A stretch of 42,390 bases of DNA from Clostridia bacterium (GTDB taxonomy: Bacteria; Bacillota; Clostridia; Clostridiales; Clostridiaceae), in contig RZYZ01000001.1 in assembly GCA_009930125.1 (NCBI GenBank), positions 1-42,390 of the forward strand, written 5' to 3'. A program made the position numbers and the translations under genes. The notes beneath the pieces are model-generated. The model was not told where the DNA came from and ran no database searches. It saw only the letters and a list, made by a program, of their open reading frames with translations. Shown in pieces: positions 28,001 through 37,183 of this stretch; position 1 is the stretch's first letter; every line of letters starts with the position of its first letter.

Positions 28001-29461
28001 TTGTATAAGCTGAATCAGAATGAGACTCCCCTTTTTGATGCCCTTATGGAATATGTGGATCGGGATACTGTGCCCTTTCATGTGCCAGGACATAAAAAAG
28101 GAGAAGGAATCGAAAAGAATTTCAAGAAATATATCGGGGAAAATCCCTTCAAGATAGATGTTACGGTTTTCCAGCTGGTGGATTCGCTTCACCATCCTAC
28201 AGGACCGATCAAGAAAGCCCAGGAGCTTGCAGCGGACGCTTACGGAGCGGATGCTTCATTCTTCTCCATTCATGGCACCTCCGGCGCGATCCAGGCCATG
28301 ATCATGTCTGTTGTCAGTGAGGGAGACACCATCATCGTGCCCAGAAACGTCCATAAGTCCATTACAGCGGGCATCATCTTAAGCGGAGCCATTCCCGTCT
28401 ATATGCAGCCGGAACTGGACAAGAAGCTTGGCATCGCCCAGGGCGTGACGCCGGAAACCGTGGAAAAGACCCTGAGAGAAAATCCCCATGCCAAGGCGGT
28501 GCTCATCATCAATCCCACCTACTACGGTGTGGCTACGGAGCTGGAAAGAATCGCCGAAATCGTCCATGAATACGACATCCCTCTGATTGTGGATGAAGCC
28601 CATGGTCCCCATCTGGCTTTCTCCGAAAAGCTGCCCATGTCTGCCATGCAGGCGGGCGCGGATCTTTGTGCTCAGAGCACCCACAAGATCATCGGAGCCA
28701 TGACCCAGGGGTCGATTCTGCATGTGAGGACGAAATATGTCAGTGCGGCGAGAGTGCAGCAGATCATGAATCTTCTGCAGACCACTTCCCCATCCTATAT
28801 CCTTCTGGCATCACTGGATACCTCGAGAAAGCAGATTGCCCTGGATGGAGAAGGACTCCTTGACAAGGCTATTGAAAATGCCCAGTATCTGAGAAGCGAG
28901 GTCAACAAGATTGAAGGATTCTACTGCTTCGGCAGTGAGATTCTGGGAAATCCAGGTGTCTTCGCCCTTGATCCCACCAAGGTCTGCATCACCTGCAGAG
29001 ATCTTGGCATCACTGGATTCGACCTGGATATGATCCTGGCCAACAAGTACCACATCCAGATGGAGCTTTCTGATCTCTACAATACTCTAGCCGTTGGAAG
29101 CTTCGGCGATACGAGAGAAAACATGGACAAGCTCATCACAGCCCTCAAAGAGATCAGCGAGGAATACATGAACAAGGATCAGATCAAACCGGACTTCATA
29201 GACATTCCATCCATACCCAAGCAGGTGCTGATTCCAAGAGAAGCATTCAACGCCGAAAAAGTTTCGGTCCTTCTTGAAGACAGCATCGGTGAAGTGTCCG
29301 GCGAGTTCCTGATGGCTTACCCGCCCGGAATTCCAGTGCTCTGTCCTGGAGAGGTCATCACAGAAGAAATCGTGGACTATGTCAATGATCTCAAGAAGAC
29401 CGGACTCTATGTGCAGGGAACCGAAGATCCGAGAGTGGAATACATCAAAGTGGTGAATTAA
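28001..29461 (+). CDS. Arginine/lysine/ornithine decarboxylase (fold-I PLP, SpeA-like)
   Basis: Motifs FHVPGHK, GTSGA, RNVHKS, VDEAHG, QSTHK, TTSPSY, YPPGIP. Probable TTG start at 28001; the ORF is open from 27953. Confidence 0.9.
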   Translation: MYKLNQNETPLFDALMEYVDRDTVPFHVPGHKKGEGIEKNFKKYIGENPFKIDVTVFQLVDSLHHPTGPIKKAQELAADAYGADASFFSIHGTSGAIQAMIMSVVSEGDTIIVPRNVHKSITAGIILSGAIPVYMQPELDKKLGIAQGVTPETVEKTLRENPHAKAVLIINPTYYGVATELERIAEIVHEYDIPLIVDEAHGPHLAFSEKLPMSAMQAGADLCAQSTHKIIGAMTQGSILHVRTKYVSAARVQQIMNLLQTTSPSYILLASLDTSRKQIALDGEGLLDKAIENAQYLRSEVNKIEGFYCFGSEILGNPGVFALDPTKVCITCRDLGITGFDLDMILANKYHIQMELSDLYNTLAVGSFGDTRENMDKLITALKEISEEYMNKDQIKPDFIDIPSIPKQVLIPREAFNAEKVSVLLEDSIGEVSGEFLMAYPPGIPVLCPGEVITEEIVDYVNDLKKTGLYVQGTEDPRVEYIKVVN

Positions 29462-29467
29462 AAGACG

Positions 29468-29508
29468 AACAGCCTGAAAGCTTACAGCATAAGCTCTCAG
29501 GCTGTTTT
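29468..29508. terminator. Terminator between convergent genes
   Basis: AACAGCCTGA...TCAGGCTGTT followed by TT. Confidence 0.7.
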
Positions 29509-29521
29509 ATATTGCTTTGTG

Positions 29522-30139
29522 TCATCGGTTCCGATCGATGATGAGGTATTTCAGCACACTGAGATATTCTCTGAGGTACCCCTTCAGAAGTGTGGTGGGC
29601 GGGGTTTTGGAAGGGATACCGAAGGCATCCAGTCCATTCTCTCTTGCAGTGAGTGTTCCTCTGAATACATGAAAACCGCTGGTGACGATACCGAATTTCG
29701 TCTCTTCCTCTAGAAGACCTGGTCTTTCCTTCTGCAGCATCGCTATGCTGAAGGTGATGTTCTCGTAGGTGTTGAAGGAGCCTTCCTCTGCAAGGATTCT
29801 GCTCTCCTCTATCCCCTTCTCCACGAGATAGTCTTTCATGGCAGAAGCTTCGGTGATCTCTTCCCATCTCCCGATGCCTCCGGATACGACAGCAATGGTC
29901 TCCGGATGGTCCTTGAGATAGGCATATCCCCTGCCAAGGCGTAGAGACAGCGCAGGAGAAGGCGTTCTTCCATAAAGTCTTGCCCCCAGAATGATGATGA
30001 CATCGGCCTTTTCCTCGCTGGTCTTCTGGGCATGATAGAGGATGAGACCTTCCACCACCACAAAAGTCAGCACGAAAGCAGCGGCAAGGACAAAGAGGAT
30101 TTTTCTGAAGATGTGCTTCTCTAGTTTCTTTTTTTCCAT
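29522..30139 (-). CDS. YdcF/SanA/ElyC family (DUF218) membrane-anchored protein
   Basis: Motifs IIILGA, VSGGIG, EASAM, SFNTYEN, VTSGFHVFR, LREY. Confidence 0.88.
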   Translation of the reverse strand: MEKKKLEKHIFRKILFVLAAAFVLTFVVVEGLILYHAQKTSEEKADVIIILGARLYGRTPSPALSLRLGRGYAYLKDHPETIAVVSGGIGRWEEITEASAMKDYLVEKGIEESRILAEEGSFNTYENITFSIAMLQKERPGLLEEETKFGIVTSGFHVFRGTLTARENGLDAFGIPSKTPPTTLLKGYLREYLSVLKYLIIDRNR

Positions 30140-30900
30140 TGCAGCTCCACTATGGACAGCAGGTTGTCCTCTTCATCATAGATTTCATGATAGGAAGTGC
30201 GCTCCTCCAGTACAGACCTTACCAGGACATTGCCGCCGGGCCTCTTTTCCTTTTTGTAGACAATGGAGAGGTCCTCCGGTACGTTCACCAGCAGGTAATC
30301 TTCATTCGTGTCCGTGGTAAGAGACTCCATGGCCCAGCCGATGTAGACCGTGTTGTTCACGTGATCGTTGCTGTCGATGTCGTGGAATCGGAGTTCAAAG
30401 GATTTCTCATGGGTATAGATCGGGTTTCTTCTTTTCTTGAGAGGTTTTGTGTCGATTTTCTGTACGATTTCATCCTGCAGGAAGGAAAGAGAAGGATCGG
30501 TTCTGTCCAGGTACGCTTCTTTGACATGCTCTGGAATCTTCACCATCTTTCTCTTTTTTCCGTCAATGACGATCCAGACTGAGACTGCGTATCCTACGGT
30601 TTTCCCCTCCTCGTTCACCACGTAGAAGTATCTGTGGGAATAGATGTCCTTCTGGAACAGGGCAAAGGTCCTGAAGCGAAGATTCTTCGCATAGTACTCT
30701 CCTTCCTCCAGATGCAGATTCCAGCTGTAAAGGACCCACACAAGTCCCATCTCTTCCATATAATTCGGTGCGAGCCCCAGACTTACAGTGTGATACATGG
30801 AAGTGGTGTTCAGCATCTGCACCAGGGCATCCAGCTTGACATATAAAAACCGGTCCACTTCCTTGAAATCCACTATGGTGCTCTTCTCGTATTCTTTCAT
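30121..30900 (-). CDS. Acyl-ACP thioesterase (double hotdog)
   Basis: Catalytic motif RFHDIDSNDHVNNTVY; N-terminal hotdog features (LVWVL, SVWIVID..KRK). Confidence 0.85.
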   Translation of the reverse strand: MKEYEKSTIVDFKEVDRFLYVKLDALVQMLNTTSMYHTVSLGLAPNYMEEMGLVWVLYSWNLHLEEGEYYAKNLRFRTFALFQKDIYSHRYFYVVNEEGKTVGYAVSVWIVIDGKKRKMVKIPEHVKEAYLDRTDPSLSFLQDEIVQKIDTKPLKKRRNPIYTHEKSFELRFHDIDSNDHVNNTVYIGWAMESLTTDTNEDYLLVNVPEDLSIVYKKEKRPGGNVLVRSVLEERTSYHEIYDEEDNLLSIVELQWKKRN

Positions 30901-31047
30901 TCCATTCTCCTTGCATGCCGGGTAGAAATTTTACTGAATATAATTGCGTGCCACCGGCATTCTTACATTCTATTAATCAATAGTACGAATATATCTCAAA
31001 AAATTTAAATTCGTCTTAATATTTACGAAAAGAGCGAATGGGAGTGT

Positions 31048-31076
31048 TTGATGAAAGAGAAGATATCAGCTATAAT
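31048..31076 (+). promoter_or_regulatory. SigA-type promoter of idi
   Basis: TTGATG-17-TATAAT. Confidence 0.65.
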
Positions 31077-31111
31077 ATACGAAATATTTGAATTGAAATG
31101 GAGATAGAATA

Positions 31112-31651
31112 ATGGAAGACATACTGATACTCGTAGATGAACAGGACACTTTTCAGGGATACATGGGGAAAGAGGAAGCCCACCTCAAGGGCGTGAAGCA
31201 CAGAGCCTTCAGCATCTTTGTGTTCAACAGGAAAAATGAGCTTCTGCTGCAGCAGAGAGCCCTAACCAAATACCACACACCGGGTCTCTGGAGCAACACT
31301 TGCTGCAGCCATCCGAGATACGGAGAGACCACCCTTTCAGCCGTGCATAGAAGGCTGCCTGAAGAAATGGGCTTTGACACGGAGCTGACCCATGTCCATG
31401 AAATGTCCTATGAGATCCGATTTGACAACGGCATCATCGAAAATGAATATGATCATGTGTTTGTAGGGCGATATGAAAAGAATCCTGTGATCAATGAGGA
31501 CGAGGTCCATGATTATAGATGGATTTCTCTGGAGGATCTCAGAAAGGACATGGCAGAAAGTCCTGAAAAATACACCTTCTGGTTCAGAAGAATTATGAAT
31601 GAATTTGATTTCATGAGCGCACTCCATGATGCTGAGCCTCAAGAGGTATAG
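31112..31651 (+). CDS. idi: Isopentenyl-diphosphate delta-isomerase, type 1 (Nudix fold)
   Basis: Motifs HRAFSIF, LLQQRA..K, WSNTCCSHP, ENEYDHVF, YTFWF. Confidence 0.92.
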   Translation: MEDILILVDEQDTFQGYMGKEEAHLKGVKHRAFSIFVFNRKNELLLQQRALTKYHTPGLWSNTCCSHPRYGETTLSAVHRRLPEEMGFDTELTHVHEMSYEIRFDNGIIENEYDHVFVGRYEKNPVINEDEVHDYRWISLEDLRKDMAESPEKYTFWFRRIMNEFDFMSALHDAEPQEV

Positions 31652-31711
31652 TAAAACCATCGTTTCCAGAGGAAGCCGTCCCCCATACTTTCCAAGTGCT
31701 ATGGATTATTG

Positions 31712-31740
31712 TTGACGTACTAGTTTATAAAATATATAAT
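31712..31740 (+). promoter_or_regulatory. SigA-type promoter
   Basis: TTGACG-17-TATAAT. Confidence 0.7.
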
Positions 31741-31817
31741 ATATTAAAACATAAACGAGTATTATGCATGAGTTTCTATGGATATGAAGAAATATACCTA
31801 TAGTGCGGGGTACATGA

Positions 31818-32903
31818 ATGGAACATACTGAAAAGGCGGAAAACATCAACAGCTACAATGAGGAGTACTTCAAGGCAAGATTCAAGAAGAAAATGTTCGG
31901 CGGATATAACCCGACGGAAGTAATTGACTTCATCAATGCCATGAACAGTAATTTTCAGAATAGCGATCAGAATCTGAGAAAGAACATCATGAAACTGACC
32001 CAGGATAAGCAGACCGCTGAAAATGAGCTGCACAGGCTGAAATCTGAGCAAAGCAACCATATTCAGGAAATGAAGCAGGAAATGGATGTCCTTCTGGAAG
32101 AGCTGAATCAAAAAAACAGCATCATAGAGAACAACGAATCCCTTCTCGAAGAATACACCCGGAAACTGGAAGAAGGCACCGGGGATTTCGAAAAGACCAT
32201 CATGGCGCTCAGGAGCGAAAGGGATGCTCTCGAAGCCAGGCTGCAGGAGGAAAAGGCCAGGAGTCATGAACTCAATGAAAGGATTCATGTACTTAATGAA
32301 GAAATGCGACGCCTGAATCTCCAGGTGGAGGAACTGGAAAACCGTGAAGACCCGGCTTTTCTTGATGAAAAAATCGAGGAGGCAAAGCTTCTCGCCTTTG
32401 CTCAGGTGGATGAAGAAAAAAGAATCAGTCTCAGTCTGAGGCAGGAGATCAAAGCGCTGGAGAATCGCCTGGCAGAGGCCGAAAAATCCAATGAAGCCAT
32501 CAGAAACAAACTGTATGAGGAAAAGAATCTGAGAATCGCAGTGGAGGAAAACCTCTCCGAAGAGAAGCGGAAATATTCCGATCTTCAGATCAACGGCTTC
32601 AAAAAGGAATTCAGCGGCATTCAGCAGTTCCTGGAAGAACTCACCATGGAACAGGAGATGCGAAACAGAGAGCTGGAGCTGGAGCTGCAGCTGGAAAGAG
32701 AGAAAACCGACAAAGCGGAAGAAAGAATCGAGAATCTGCTGGCGAAGTATGGTGCGCTGAAGGATAAAGTGCTTTGGGAAAAGAAGCAGTTCATGACGAA
32801 GCTCAGTGAACTGGCGGATGGACACAGCAAATTCGTTTCAGATTTCAATCTGGTTCTGACGGAACCGACGCCCATCGATTCCAAGGAAGCAAGCAATCAG
32901 TAG
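31818..32903 (+). CDS. DivIVA-domain long coiled-coil protein
   Basis: N-terminal FKKKMFGGYNPTEVIDFI (DivIVA/GpsB-type motif) followed by about 300 aa of E/K/L-rich heptads. Confidence 0.7.
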   Translation: MEHTEKAENINSYNEEYFKARFKKKMFGGYNPTEVIDFINAMNSNFQNSDQNLRKNIMKLTQDKQTAENELHRLKSEQSNHIQEMKQEMDVLLEELNQKNSIIENNESLLEEYTRKLEEGTGDFEKTIMALRSERDALEARLQEEKARSHELNERIHVLNEEMRRLNLQVEELENREDPAFLDEKIEEAKLLAFAQVDEEKRISLSLRQEIKALENRLAEAEKSNEAIRNKLYEEKNLRIAVEENLSEEKRKYSDLQINGFKKEFSGIQQFLEELTMEQEMRNRELELELQLEREKTDKAEERIENLLAKYGALKDKVLWEKKQFMTKLSELADGHSKFVSDFNLVLTEPTPIDSKEASNQ

Positions 32904-32907
32904 AGTA

Positions 32908-32943
32908 AAGCCGAGAAGCATGAATGTGCATCTCGGCTTTTTT
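32908..32943 (+). terminator. Intrinsic terminator
   Basis: AAAGCCGAGA...TCTCGGCTTT followed by a T-run. Confidence 0.78.
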
Positions 32944-33053
32944 GAAAACTCTCCTCTCCTTCCTTCTGGAATGAGGAAAAAAGTTTTGACAGGAACTGGA
33001 AATAGCTCTAAAGTAATGAGATATAGAATTGCAGGAACGATCGGAGGAACCAA

Positions 33054-33632
33054 ATGAATGCAGCAGCTTTTCTCACCTATATCATCATTACCGCCATTAC
33101 CCCAGGGCCCAATAACATCATGTCCATGACCCATGCCAGCAGAATGGGATTCAGAAAGAGCTATCCCTTCAATCTGGGCGTTTTTTTCGGGACCACCCTG
33201 GTCATGGTGATTACCACCCTGTTTTCCAGTCTTTTCTTCAGTGCCATTCCGAAGGCGGAGCCTGTGATGCTTGTGATCGGTGCGTCATATCTTCTTTATC
33301 TGGCCTACAAAATCATGACCAGCGGAAAGGAGATCCGGACGGGAAAAATGACCGAAGCGAGATTTCTTCCTGGGGTGCTTCTTCAGTTCATCAATCCCAA
33401 GCTCTACATCTACAGCATCACCGCCATGGGTTCCTATATTCTGCCCCACTACCGAGAAACGGGGATTCTTCTTCTCTTCGCAGTCTTTCTGGCAGTGGTG
33501 GGCTTTCTGTGCACCGTTCTGTGGGCACTGTTCGGGTCCCTCTTCCGAAAACTGTTTTCGGACAAGGGCAGAATCATCAATACCATCATGGCGCTCCTTC
33601 TGGTCTACAGCGCCGTATCCCTGTTCCTGTAG
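33054..33632 (+). CDS. LysE/RhtB-family amino-acid exporter (EamB-like)
   Basis: Motifs TPGPNN, GASYLLYLAYK, LQFINPK. RBS GGAGG. Candidate promoter TTGACA(32986)-17-TAAAGT. Confidence 0.88.
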   Translation: MNAAAFLTYIIITAITPGPNNIMSMTHASRMGFRKSYPFNLGVFFGTTLVMVITTLFSSLFFSAIPKAEPVMLVIGASYLLYLAYKIMTSGKEIRTGKMTEARFLPGVLLQFINPKLYIYSITAMGSYILPHYRETGILLLFAVFLAVVGFLCTVLWALFGSLFRKLFSDKGRIINTIMALLLVYSAVSLFL

Positions 33633-33660
33633 ACAGAAATCTTTAATAATGAGCATGTAA

Positions 33661-33694
33661 AAAGCAGGAGCTCCTTTTTGGGAGCTCCTGCTTT
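33661..33694. terminator. Bidirectional terminator between convergent genes
   Basis: AAAGCAGGAGCTCC / GGAGCTCCTGCTTT. Confidence 0.8.
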
Positions 33695-33709
33695 GGTTTT
33701 CTGTAACTT

Positions 33710-34285
33710 CTATAGACTGTAACCCAGATCCATGGCCTTCAGGTTCACTTCCTGAAGAGCGGGTTTGAAATACTGCTTTATGAGCCTGTTCAGGAGATCT
33801 TTCTCCAACCCCAGATCTTTTGCAAGAATGCCCAGAAGAACCATGTTGGCCACTTTCGCATTCCCCAGTTCGATGGCTTTGTTCTGCGCATCCACGGATT
33901 TCACGTGATAACCCTTTTCCTGCATTTCCTCGATGATCCCTTCCGGATAGACTTCCTTCCCCATGTTCACGGAGTACGGCCTGATTTCATGGTCGCTGGA
34001 AATGACGGTGCCGTTTTCCTTCAGAAATTCCAGCCATCTTCCCGATTCGCTCTTCTCGAAGGAGATGATGTAGTCCGATGTTCCCTTCTCGATGAGCGGA
34101 GAATGGACCTTCTCTCCGTACCGCACCTGAGTGGAGACGCTTCCGCCTCTCTGAGCCATACCATGCACTTCGCTCATTTTGACGTCATATCCCAGTTCGA
34201 TGAGCGCGGCAGACAGAAGATTGGATGCGGATATGGTTCCCTGACCGCCTACACCTACAAATAATATATTGGCTTCCTTACGCAT
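33710..34285 (-). CDS. iorB: Indolepyruvate:ferredoxin oxidoreductase beta subunit
   Basis: Motifs GVGGQG, SEVHGMAQRGGSV, NMVLLG. True start MRKEAN at 34285 overlaps the iorA stop. Confidence 0.92.
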   Translation of the reverse strand: MRKEANILFVGVGGQGTISASNLLSAALIELGYDVKMSEVHGMAQRGGSVSTQVRYGEKVHSPLIEKGTSDYIISFEKSESGRWLEFLKENGTVISSDHEIRPYSVNMGKEVYPEGIIEEMQEKGYHVKSVDAQNKAIELGNAKVANMVLLGILAKDLGLEKDLLNRLIKQYFKPALQEVNLKAMDLGYSL

Positions 34286-36053
34286 TGACAAGATCCCCCT
34301 TCTTCTCGATTGCATCGAATGGACATACCTGGTAGCAGAGCGTACATCCGTTGCACATCTCTCTGTCGATGAACACGCTTCCATCCTTGATGTAGATGGC
34401 AGGGCATCCGGTTCTAACGCAGGTCTTACATTTTCTGCATTTCTCCTGGTCGATCTCCACATAGGAGTTTCTCCTCAGAATCTGCACATCCTTCAGCAGT
34501 GCACAGGGCTCCTGGGTGATGATCACGAAGGGTTCCGTCGCGGCTTTCGCTTCCTTGACCACTTCTTTCGCCTTGTCCTGATAGTAGGGATTGATGATCT
34601 TGATGTTCTCATCCTTTATGCCGAGAGAACGCACCAGCATCGGAATGTTGATGTCCCCTGCCTCTTCGCCCATGAGAGTTTTTCCGGTTCCGGGATTTTC
34701 CTGATGCCCGGTCATGCCTGTGGTTCTGTTATCCATGATCACGGTGACCACAGGTATCTTGTTGTAGATGGAATTCACAAGGCCCGTGATGCCGGAGTGG
34801 AAGAAGGTGGAGTCTCCGATGAAGGAGAATACTTTCTTCTTAGTGTTCCCTTGTATGTCCAGCACCTTCTGCATTCCTGTACCGGCGGAAATGGAAGCAC
34901 CCATGCAGATGACGGTATCGGTCACATTGATGGGGTCCATGGCACCTAAGGTGTAGCACCCGATATCACCGGAAGCGATGATGTCTCTGTCGGTCTTCAG
35001 CGCATTGAAGAAGCCTCGGTGCGGACAGCCCGCGCAAAGCACCGGAGGTCTTGTGGGAGACTTTGACTCCATGGGTATCATTTCCTTCTTCTCGGCGCCC
35101 AGGAAGGCTTCCCTGATGGTCTCAGGGTTCAGTTCTCCGCAGATGGGCAGCACGTCTCTGCCTCTGCAGGCGATGCCAAGTGCTTTGATCTCTTTCTCCA
35201 GATATGGTTCATTCTCCTCGATGACTAGAATCTCCTCCATGTCCCTGGCGAACTCCAGAATGAGCTCGGTGGGAAGTGGGAAAGTCATGCCCAGCTTCAG
35301 ATAGGAAGCATTTTCTCCGAAGACTTCCTTTGCATAGGCATAGGAGATCCCGGAGGTGACGATGCCCAGTTTTTTCGTGTTTTTCTCCACGATGTTCAAG
35401 CTGGAGGCATTGTTGAAGTGCCTCAGACTGACGAGTCTTTCTTCCACGATGGGATGTCTTCGCTGAGCATGACCCGGCGTCATGACGTTTTTCAGCTTGT
35501 CTTTCTTATATTCTCTGATGGCCACTTCCTTCCGGTCCTCCAGATTCACAAGAGACTTGGAATGATTCACTCTGGTGGTGGTTCGGATCAGAACCGGCGT
35601 ATCGAATTCCTCACTGATCTCATAGGCCTTCTTCACGAAGATGCGGCATTCTTCGGAGTCGGAAGGTTCCAGCATGGGCACTTTGGCGTGCAGAGCGTAG
35701 TATCGGTTGTCCTGTTCATTCTGGGAGGAATGCATCCCAGGGTCATCGGCATTGATGATGACCAGCCCTCCGTTGACGCCGATGTAGGCCATGGTAAAGA
35801 ACGGGTCTGCCGCCACATTGAGGCCCACATGCTTCATGGTGGTCAGGGCTCTTGCGCCCATGATGGATGCTCCTGATGCGGCCTCCATGCCCACTTTCTC
35901 GTTGGGTGCCCACTCCGAGTAGACTTCCTTGTATTTGGCCAGATTCTCCAGTATTTCAGTGGATGGAGTGCCTGGATAGGCGGAAGCGAAATGGGCTCCC
36001 GCCTCATAAGCTCCTCTTGCGAGAGCTTCGTTACCTGTCATCAGTGATTTCAT
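34278..36053 (-). CDS. iorA: Indolepyruvate:ferredoxin oxidoreductase alpha subunit
   Basis: Motifs YPGTPSTEI, MKHVGLNVAAD, SSQNEQD, CAGCPHR, GDIGCY, GDSTFFHSG, and C-terminal ferredoxin CxxCxxC motifs. Confidence 0.94.
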   Translation of the reverse strand: MKSLMTGNEALARGAYEAGAHFASAYPGTPSTEILENLAKYKEVYSEWAPNEKVGMEAASGASIMGARALTTMKHVGLNVAADPFFTMAYIGVNGGLVIINADDPGMHSSQNEQDNRYYALHAKVPMLEPSDSEECRIFVKKAYEISEEFDTPVLIRTTTRVNHSKSLVNLEDRKEVAIREYKKDKLKNVMTPGHAQRRHPIVEERLVSLRHFNNASSLNIVEKNTKKLGIVTSGISYAYAKEVFGENASYLKLGMTFPLPTELILEFARDMEEILVIEENEPYLEKEIKALGIACRGRDVLPICGELNPETIREAFLGAEKKEMIPMESKSPTRPPVLCAGCPHRGFFNALKTDRDIIASGDIGCYTLGAMDPINVTDTVICMGASISAGTGMQKVLDIQGNTKKKVFSFIGDSTFFHSGITGLVNSIYNKIPVVTVIMDNRTTGMTGHQENPGTGKTLMGEEAGDINIPMLVRSLGIKDENIKIINPYYQDKAKEVVKEAKAATEPFVIITQEPCALLKDVQILRRNSYVEIDQEKCRKCKTCVRTGCPAIYIKDGSVFIDREMCNGCTLCYQVCPFDAIEKKGDLVNA

Positions 36054-36958
36054 TGTTTTTCCCCCTTGGATAAAGTCATCATTACAGCCAGAGCAATACT
36101 GTTCAGCTTCGCCTCACTGGAATCGGAACGTGATGTGAGAATCACCGGGCATTTCGCGCCCAGAATGATGCCTGCGCTTTCCGCACCAGCCATGTAGGTA
36201 AAGGATTTGCCCAGAAAGTTTCCGGCTTCAAGGCCTGGCACAAGCAGTACATCCGCATCTCCAGGAACTTCGCCCGTGACGCCCTTATGCGCTGCAGATT
36301 CTTTGGAAATGGCGATATCAAAGGACAAGGGCCCTTCCACCACCACATCCTTCTCATCTTTGAAGATGCTTTGAAGCTCCAGTGCATCCACGCTGCTTTC
36401 CAGATTCGGATTCACTTTCTCCACAGCAGAGAGCGCGGCAACCTTCATGGGATGAAGCTCAAAAAGCTTGCCCAGAACCATTGCGTTTCTGATGATGCTT
36501 TCCTTGTCTTTCAGACTGGGCTTCATGACCATTCCCCCATCGGTGAGAAGAATCAGTTTGGGATAGCTTTTCATTTCATAGACCATCACATGGGACAGGA
36601 GCGTGTCTCCTCTTAGCCCCAGCTCCTTGCTGAGCACCGCTTTTAAAAGCACCTTGGTGTCCACAAGCCCTTTCATGATGATGTCCGCCTTTCCTTCTGA
36701 AACGGCTCTGGCGGCCATATAGGAAGCCTCTTCCGCTGTTTTGCAGTCGATGATCTCCGCGTGACGGAAAAGGAGATTGTTCTTTTCCATGGTTTCTCTG
36801 ATTTTCAGGGCATCCCCGAACAGCAGAAAGCTGGCCATATTATGTCTTTCCGCTTCAGACAGTGAGATCAGTACGTCCTTATCTTCCGCCGAAGCCACAG
36901 CGATGCGTTTCTTCTGATTTCTTGCCTGGCTTACGATTTCTTTCAAGCTGGTAATCAA
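36050..36958 (-). CDS. ptb: Phosphate butyryltransferase / phosphate acyltransferase
   Basis: Motifs ADIIMKG, LLSHV, TDGGM, AVEKVNP, EGPLSFD.A, AGIILGA, LTSRSDS. TTG start after AAGGGGG. Confidence 0.88.
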   Translation of the reverse strand: MITSLKEIVSQARNQKKRIAVASAEDKDVLISLSEAERHNMASFLLFGDALKIRETMEKNNLLFRHAEIIDCKTAEEASYMAARAVSEGKADIIMKGLVDTKVLLKAVLSKELGLRGDTLLSHVMVYEMKSYPKLILLTDGGMVMKPSLKDKESIIRNAMVLGKLFELHPMKVAALSAVEKVNPNLESSVDALELQSIFKDEKDVVVEGPLSFDIAISKESAAHKGVTGEVPGDADVLLVPGLEAGNFLGKSFTYMAGAESAGIILGAKCPVILTSRSDSSEAKLNSIALAVMMTLSKGEKQ

Positions 36959-36980
36959 AATTATTTCCCCCTTAGTGTTC

Positions 36981-36994
36981 TGATAACGTATACA
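36981..36994. promoter_or_regulatory. Candidate cre (CcpA) site in the ptb leader
   Basis: TGATAACGTATACA, one mismatch to TGWNANCGNTNWCA. Confidence 0.5.
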
Positions 36995-37004
36995 GCGGAT
37001 TTCA

Positions 37005-37038
37005 AAAAGAAGATGAAACCCGCTGGTTCATCTTCTTT
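37005..37038 (-). terminator. Terminator hairpin overlapping the ptb transcription start
   Basis: Minus strand AAAGAAGATGAA...TTCATCTTCTTT followed by TT. Confidence 0.6.
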
Positions 37039-37039
37039 C

Positions 37040-37068
37040 AGTATAAAATATCCTATTCACATTATCAA
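37040..37068 (-). promoter_or_regulatory. SigA-type promoter of ptb-iorAB
   Basis: TTGATA-17-TATACT on the minus strand. Confidence 0.65.
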
Positions 37069-37183
37069 TTGAAGCTGAAGAACTATATAAATTCGGCGAA
37101 AACTTCCCGGTCAGTACCGGCAACCTGTTAAATTGTATCATGCTGTGTCACGATATTCATAATCAACTTATCTATTGTCAGGA

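Noticed and set aside
30916-30961. ATGCCGG...CCGGCAT inverted repeat upstream of the thioesterase gene
   Set aside because: Short stem with a long loop and no recognisable operator or riboswitch pattern.
31776-32825. 349-aa - strand F/L-rich ORF that looks hydrophobic
   Set aside because: Mirror of the E/K-rich coiled-coil gene (GAA/AAA read as TTC/TTT); the + strand has the promoter and terminator.
34286-34462. 58-aa N-terminal extension of IorB in the ORF track
   Set aside because: Overlaps the iorA ferredoxin domain in another frame; IorB homology starts at MRKEANILFVG.
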